Positions 58,917-64,000 of a DNA stretch of 64,000 bases are shown here, piece by piece. The notes below the pieces were generated by a model. It worked only from the letters and a program-made list of their open reading frames with translations. It searched no databases and had not been told where the DNA came from. The DNA lies in the NCBI GenBank assembly GCA_963717145.1, contig OY970325.1, positions 4,067,248 to 4,131,247 on the forward strand. The letters are read 5' to 3'. How positions within the stretch are numbered: position 1 is the first letter of the stretch; each line of letters opens with the position of its first letter. The stretch is from an uncultured Armatimonadetes bacterium (lineage in GTDB: Bacteria > Armatimonadota > UBA5829 > DTJY01). The translations under genes were made by a program, and so were the position numbers.

Positions 58917-59789
58917 TCAAGAATCCGAGGTTCCGGCAACTGCAGAGCTCGTCATAGTACCGGTTGATATGACGTATGGCTGGTATACATGCGTCGTCCC
59001 ATCTAGAGCCAGAAAGCATCCTCTGCTGCAGACAAGAAGCGCTCGAGTGTGGAAGTATATACATCCACTTTCTGCGAAATTCTCGGCGGTCAGATATCGA
59101 TTGTGCATCACTCTGTTTCGGAGAGTCCGAAGTTCGTTCAGTTTGTAATAAGCGCCCTTTCGAATAAAGACATTCCGGAACACATCTGCCCAGCAAGTCG
59201 CCTCATCTATGATCTTGGGCAAGTCTGAGAAGTCAGCGTAGAATATGTCGTGCATCCTCTCAAAATCATGTTCAAGATCGTTCTCCTCATCAGACTTCCG
59301 ATTGCCACACCTGCGCTGGATGGCAAGTAGATCTGGCTCAGCGCTGACCGTCCACCAGTCCATGCCGTAGCATCTTGCCATAGATGCGGCGATGCGACGC
59401 CGAAGTTTGTTCTCCAGATCATGCAGGTCTGCATATGTCTTGATGGTCCGTTGGCGGCCTATCCCATCGTAGCTCAACATCCACCATGTGAAATAGGCAG
59501 ACGCGGCGTATTCAATGCGAGTCTTGGCCTCTTGCATCTCCGTCTCTCCAGCTTCCTCGCCACCCTCCAGCATGATCTGGAACACGTTTGGCGATCCTCC
59601 GCTCCATCTAATCCTAACGAACACACCTTGTGCCAACCCGGATACCTCGCTCTGAGCTTGGAGGCCTGGCTGTAACTCGAAGTCTGTCAGTTCCATTAGC
59701 TCCACCATATCGGTACTGGCCTGAGCATCTGGTGAGTTATTGAGAGCGAGGTACTCCACTTGGTTACTTGCGAGAGCAGGTGTGGTCAT
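58917..59789 (-). CDS. HEPN-domain protein (Abi/Swt1-like), putative RNase effector
   Basis: LRTLRNRVMHNRY carries the Rx4H HEPN motif; start is immediately after the stop of the methyltransferase (TAGATG); lower-GC DNA. Confidence 0.55.
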   Translation of the reverse strand: MTTPALASNQVEYLALNNSPDAQASTDMVELMELTDFELQPGLQAQSEVSGLAQGVFVRIRWSGGSPNVFQIMLEGGEEAGETEMQEAKTRIEYAASAYFTWWMLSYDGIGRQRTIKTYADLHDLENKLRRRIAASMARCYGMDWWTVSAEPDLLAIQRRCGNRKSDEENDLEHDFERMHDIFYADFSDLPKIIDEATCWADVFRNVFIRKGAYYKLNELRTLRNRVMHNRYLTAENFAESGCIYFHTRALLVCSRGCFLALDGTTHVYQPYVISTGTMTSSAVAGTSDS

Positions 59790-61715
59790 CTATCCGTCCT
59801 CCAGCACGACATCCTCAACGAGCGCCTGTATCTGACAACAAGTGTCCTGCGCTTGCTGCTCCAGTTCCCGCACGTGGTTCCGCAGATCCGCTATGCGCTG
59901 CACTAATCCCGATTGAGTTCCTAGAGGTGGAATGGGGACGCGTATCGACCGCAGACTGCTGTAGTCCAGTGCTGGCCTCGTAGAGCCCGTTGCAATCCGT
60001 TCCATCTGGGTACGGCAGAGGGCGCTGTTGAGTGCGGCTTCCAAGTATCCTGGCAGTGCCTGGTCAGGCCTGACTCTGAGTCGAACAATGTGCTGGTTGA
60101 TATTTGCTTCCCGGAGTTCGGGAGGTACCACGGCCGCGGTGCCTATCCGGCCCGTAATCGTAAGAAGGACGTCGCCAGGGGTTAGCATCGATCGCGCCAA
60201 AGTGCCCGTATGAGTTCGCCTATCAATATATAACACATCAGCTAGATCGATCATGCCTTCCTGTATGTTCTGAATGCGTAGGAGAGGCACACCTGCCTCA
60301 GCGTTCACATACGCCTCTCCCTTTGCTGCGGGAGTTGCACCCCCTGATATGCTCTCTACAATCTCGCCAAGCGTACGCACCGGGTACTTGCTTTGGCCCA
60401 GTCTAACGTCTATGGAGATGCTGAAAGATGGCTTATGGAAAAATGGATCCATCCGCAGCGTAAGTCTGCCTTCGTCTGCCATATAGCAAATAGGTTCAGC
60501 TTCATTAGATGCGGGTAGCCCTTGCGCGGAAGCAGAGAATAGAGTGGCCACCACAGGAAGGGAATCCTCGTCCACTCTTCCGGTCGCGTCGTAGCCCACA
60601 TGGGAAGGCAAGGCCATGAATGTCATCCCCATGCTATCATCATGCGGCTGTCTACGTTGTAGTACCACCAAGCTGGCCTTTACACCTATGCCTGCTGGGG
60701 CAAAAGTGTGGGAAGGTAGTGAGATGACTGCCAGGACATGGCACCTGTCTTGTATGAACTGTCTCACATACTGCAGTGAAACTGTTGTCAATACAGAGTC
60801 GGGCAACACCAAGGCAAGCCGACCAGGTCTGCCGCCGGCCTTAAGAAGCTCGATACATCGCTCCAAGAACAGGAGTTCGCTCTTCTGAGCACGTCGGATG
60901 GATCCCCTGGACCCCAGATCGAATTGCTCGAGTGTTTCCGGCTCAGAGACGATACCCCCAAATGGGGGATTTGTGGCAACTACGTCGCATGAAGCGGGTG
61001 TCAGCCGCGACACGGCGGTGAGGGTCGGCCAAGCGGATAGGGCATTTGCGCAAAAAACGTTGGAGTGCCCGTCTCCATGTAGCACCATGGTTACCATCGC
61101 CAAGTGCGCCAATCGCTCGTTTAGCTCGACTCCCACCAGGTGCTGGGAAGCATACTGAGCTACATTCAGATCTGGGTTGCGCTGGGATACGTAATTCAAG
61201 CCGTAGAGAAGGAAACCGCCACTGCCACACGCAGGGTCCGCGAGGACATCATCGGGTCCAGGGTTCAATATCGTGATGGCCAGTTGAACTATTGGCCTTG
61301 GCGTAAGGTACTGACCGAGCTCAGCCTTAAAAACATCTCCAAGGAAGGCTTCAAAAGCTCTTCCGGGCGAGTCCAAATCCGATTCCACCAAAGACAAGTC
61401 CTGGAGTTGTTCGACTACGTTAGATACGATCTGCTCGGATACTGCCAGAGGTTTGTTGAACACTCCAGGATATGCATTGCAGGCTTGGTCATACACCTCC
61501 AGGACTCGAACGGCTGTGTCGTGAGCCGTCTCGCCGTTTTGCCTCCTGAACTCCCCTTTCCCCTGCACCTCATCGTATACCTTGGCAAAAAGCAATTTGG
61601 AGAACTCATCAAACGCTGTGACAGGATCACGCCGTCCACTCTCCCAGAGCATCTTGTGTGAGTTCGCGAATCGCTCCTTGAGTTGTGCCAGTGCAACCTT
61701 GTGCGGTCGGTTCAT
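59790..61715 (-). CDS. N6-adenine DNA methyltransferase (HsdM-like) fused to one HsdS-type target-recognition domain
   Basis: HsdM_N region; ADPACGSGGFL (motif I); ATNPPFGG (motif IV); C-terminal 230 aa resemble a type I S-subunit TRD (LGEIVESISGGATP ... IPPLGTQSGLVQRIADL); start taken at the internal MNRPHK. Confidence 0.75.
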   Translation of the reverse strand: MNRPHKVALAQLKERFANSHKMLWESGRRDPVTAFDEFSKLLFAKVYDEVQGKGEFRRQNGETAHDTAVRVLEVYDQACNAYPGVFNKPLAVSEQIVSNVVEQLQDLSLVESDLDSPGRAFEAFLGDVFKAELGQYLTPRPIVQLAITILNPGPDDVLADPACGSGGFLLYGLNYVSQRNPDLNVAQYASQHLVGVELNERLAHLAMVTMVLHGDGHSNVFCANALSAWPTLTAVSRLTPASCDVVATNPPFGGIVSEPETLEQFDLGSRGSIRRAQKSELLFLERCIELLKAGGRPGRLALVLPDSVLTTVSLQYVRQFIQDRCHVLAVISLPSHTFAPAGIGVKASLVVLQRRQPHDDSMGMTFMALPSHVGYDATGRVDEDSLPVVATLFSASAQGLPASNEAEPICYMADEGRLTLRMDPFFHKPSFSISIDVRLGQSKYPVRTLGEIVESISGGATPAAKGEAYVNAEAGVPLLRIQNIQEGMIDLADVLYIDRRTHTGTLARSMLTPGDVLLTITGRIGTAAVVPPELREANINQHIVRLRVRPDQALPGYLEAALNSALCRTQMERIATGSTRPALDYSSLRSIRVPIPPLGTQSGLVQRIADLRNHVRELEQQAQDTCCQIQALVEDVVLEDG

Positions 61716-61820
61716 CTTGTCCGCTGCGCTTTCTGTGCTAGTCTTGCCATCATGAGAACAGAGCCGTTCATCACATGCGTTCGGCAACCATACGCAATCT
61801 TCCTTCCGAATCCGTTTTCA

Positions 61821-61859
61821 AACCAAAGCCGATCCGGGGATGTCGGATCGGCTTTGGTT
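61821..61859 (-). terminator. 16-bp-stem hairpin downstream of topA
   Basis: aaccaaagccgatccg gggatgt cggatcggctttggtt; weak U-tract. Confidence 0.4.
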
Positions 61860-61888
61860 CCACATATCTGTACATGGCAGTTGTAGTG

Positions 61889-64000
61889 CTAGACCCCCAC
61901 CCTGACATTCGACTCGGAGAGGGATTCGGCGGCCTCGGGCGATTCCTTGTAGTCGCAGCCCTCTTTCGTGCACTTCACACCCTGTGGTTTGCCGCGATAC
62001 TGCTTCTCGACAAGCATCCCGCCGCAGGTCGGGCATTTCCTGTCGAGCGGCTTGCCGGGCAGGATGAGCTTGCAGTCGGGATACCGGTCGCACCCGTAGA
62101 ACGGGCCCATCCGCGAGAACTTCTGGACGATGTGCCCCGTGCAGCCCTCGTTCGGACAGGGGGTTCCCTCTCCTTCGCCCTCCTTCGGGATGTTGATGAT
62201 CGTCTTGCACTTCGGGTAGCCCGAGCAGCCGAGGAATTCGCCGTACTTGCCCTGACGCTTCAGGAGCGGCTTCCCGCACTTCGGGCACATCTGATCGGTC
62301 ACCTCGGGAGCGGCAACCGCGCCGCGTGAAACGAACTCGCACTCTTCGTTGCTGCACCGGTACTTCGAGCTTCCCGGCGACTCCTCTACGATCTCTCCGC
62401 CGCAGCCCGGGACGGGGCATGCCTCGCCGAGCTTCTTGTTGACGATGGTCTTGCACTTCGGGTAGCCGGAGCAGCTCAGGAATGCGCCGTACCTGCTCTC
62501 ACGGATGACGAGCGGCTTCCCGCAGTTCGGGCACACTTCCTCGGTCTCGATCGCGGACTTCTTGATCCGCTCCATGTTCTCTTTGGCCTCGGCAAGCTCG
62601 TGCTCGAACGGACCCCAGAACCCGCGTATCACGTTGACCCAGTCGAGTTCGCCTTCCTCGATCTCGTCCAGCTTGTCCTCGATCCCGGCCGTGAAAGTGA
62701 CGTCCATGATGTCGGGGAAATGCTTGACCAGCAGGTCCGTGACCGTGCATCCGAGGTCGGTCGGCTTGAACTTCCGCTCGGCCAGGGTGACGTATTCGCG
62801 GTCCTGGATCGTCGAGATGATGCTCGCGTAGGTGCTCGGGCGGCCGATCCCCTTCTCTTCCAGCGCCTTGACCAGCGTGGCCTCGGTGTATCGTGGCGGC
62901 GGCTCGGTGAAGTGCTGCTTCGGGATCAGTTCGAGCAGTCGGAGCAGCTCATCCTTCGTGAGCTTCGGGAGGAGTTGGTTCTCATCGTCCTCCTCCTTCC
63001 CGCTGCCGTTGTCCTTGCCCTCGGTGTAAAGCACTGTGAACCCGGCGAACTTGACGGTCGAGCCGGTTGCCCGGAAAACATATTCTGTCGCGGAAACATC
63101 AACGGTGACGACATCGAGCACCGCAGATTCCATCTGGCTTGCCAGGAACCGCTGCCAGATCAGCTTGTAGAGGCGGAACTGGTCCTTGTTCAGGATGCTC
63201 TCGAGGTGCTCCGGCCTTCGCAGAACGGATGTCGGACGGATCGCCTCATGCGCGTCCTGTGCCGACTTGCGCGACTTGTACACTCGGGGCGCGGGTGGGA
63301 GATACTGCGGGCCGTATGCTTCGAGGATGTATTCGCGCGCCTCTTCGACCGCCTCCTGCGCGATGCGCGTCGAGTCGGTTCGCATATATGTGATAAGGCC
63401 GACGTGGCCCTCTTCGCCGAGTTCGATGCCCTCATAGAGCATCTGTGCGACTGACATCGTCTTCTTGTTCGAGAATCCGAGTTTGCGCGAAGCCTCCTGC
63501 TGGAGCGTGCTGGTGATGAACGGCGGCGCGGGATTACGCTTCTGCTCGCGCTCTCTGACGTCGGCGACTGCCCAGGTCGCTCCCTCGAGGTCGGAGAGGA
63601 TGCGACTCGACTCTTCCTCGCTTCCGACCTTGATCTTCTCGCCTTTCTTCTCGACCAGCTTGGCGTTGAACGACTTCTCCTCAGCCAGTTTGGTGAGTGT
63701 TGCAGTGAGCGACCAATACTCCTCGGGCACGAACGCGAGGATCTCGCGCTCCCGGTCGCTGATCAGTCGGACTGCGACGCTCTGCACGCGTCCGGCGCTC
63801 AGGTTCTTCTTTACCTTGCTCCAGAGCAGTGGGCTGAGCTTGTAGCCGACGAGTCTGTCGAGGACACGTCGCGCCTGCTGTGCATCCACGAGCTTGTCGT
63901 TGACGTCATGGGGATGGCGGAGCGCCTCCTGGACGGCATTGCGCGTGATCTCGTTGAAGCTGATGCGCCTGGCATCCTTGAGTTTCAGCGTCTGCTCGAG
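61889..64000 (-). CDS. topA: DNA topoisomerase I (5' end runs beyond the window)
   Basis: DRLVGYKLSPLLW core; C-terminal repeated zinc ribbons (CPNCGKPL, CPKCGKPL, CPTCGGML); ORF stays open past 64000. Confidence 0.9.
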   Translation of the reverse strand, partial: LEQTLKLKDARRISFNEITRNAVQEALRHPHDVNDKLVDAQQARRVLDRLVGYKLSPLLWSKVKKNLSAGRVQSVAVRLISDREREILAFVPEEYWSLTATLTKLAEEKSFNAKLVEKKGEKIKVGSEEESSRILSDLEGATWAVADVREREQKRNPAPPFITSTLQQEASRKLGFSNKKTMSVAQMLYEGIELGEEGHVGLITYMRTDSTRIAQEAVEEAREYILEAYGPQYLPPAPRVYKSRKSAQDAHEAIRPTSVLRRPEHLESILNKDQFRLYKLIWQRFLASQMESAVLDVVTVDVSATEYVFRATGSTVKFAGFTVLYTEGKDNGSGKEEDDENQLLPKLTKDELLRLLELIPKQHFTEPPPRYTEATLVKALEEKGIGRPSTYASIISTIQDREYVTLAERKFKPTDLGCTVTDLLVKHFPDIMDVTFTAGIEDKLDEIEEGELDWVNVIRGFWGPFEHELAEAKENMERIKKSAIETEEVCPNCGKPLVIRESRYGAFLSCSGYPKCKTIVNKKLGEACPVPGCGGEIVEESPGSSKYRCSNEECEFVSRGAVAAPEVTDQMCPKCGKPLLKRQGKYGEFLGCSGYPKCKTIINIPKEGEGEGTPCPNEGCTGHIVQKFSRMGPFYGCDRYPDCKLILPGKPLDRKCPTCGGMLVEKQYRGKPQGVKCTKEGCDYKESPEAAESLSESNVRVGV

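Overview
64-kb high-GC (by eye roughly 60-67%) bacterial chromosomal segment. It is gene-dense in secreted carbohydrate-active enzymes and peptidases: GH78 alpha-L-rhamnosidase, heparinase II/III-like protein, sialate O-acetylesterase, beta-propeller glycoside-hydrolase-like proteins, M16 and M48 peptidases, and a PEP-CTERM protein. It also holds a haem/cytochrome-c cluster (hemA, two ccsA-like genes, sirC, two multihaem cytochromes, hemB), clpB, and topA, which is partial at the window end. Mobile DNA consists of an ISKra4-like IS, an IS481-family IS with a 6-bp target duplication, and two MITEs whose termini match the ISKra4-like IS ends. The most system-like element is a lower-GC island encoding an HsdM-HsdS fusion methyltransferase translationally coupled to a HEPN (Abi-like) protein, with no HsdR. 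Other notable items: a decayed AbrB/MazE-Doc toxin-antitoxin locus flanked by ~130-bp direct repeats; three perfect sigma-54 -24/-12 promoters, two of them in tandem upstream of a PHP phosphatase; and a genome-specific family of hairpins built from tandem ~7-nt repeats. Some of these repeats sit in frame inside genes, including a perfect 99-bp palindrome inside hemA and repeats in the M16 peptidase linker. Several genes carry frameshifts: a glycoside-hydrolase gene with at least six, and tlyA and sirC at homopolymer runs. These could be real decay or indel sequencing errors. No rRNA, tRNA or CRISPR array was recognised by eye.
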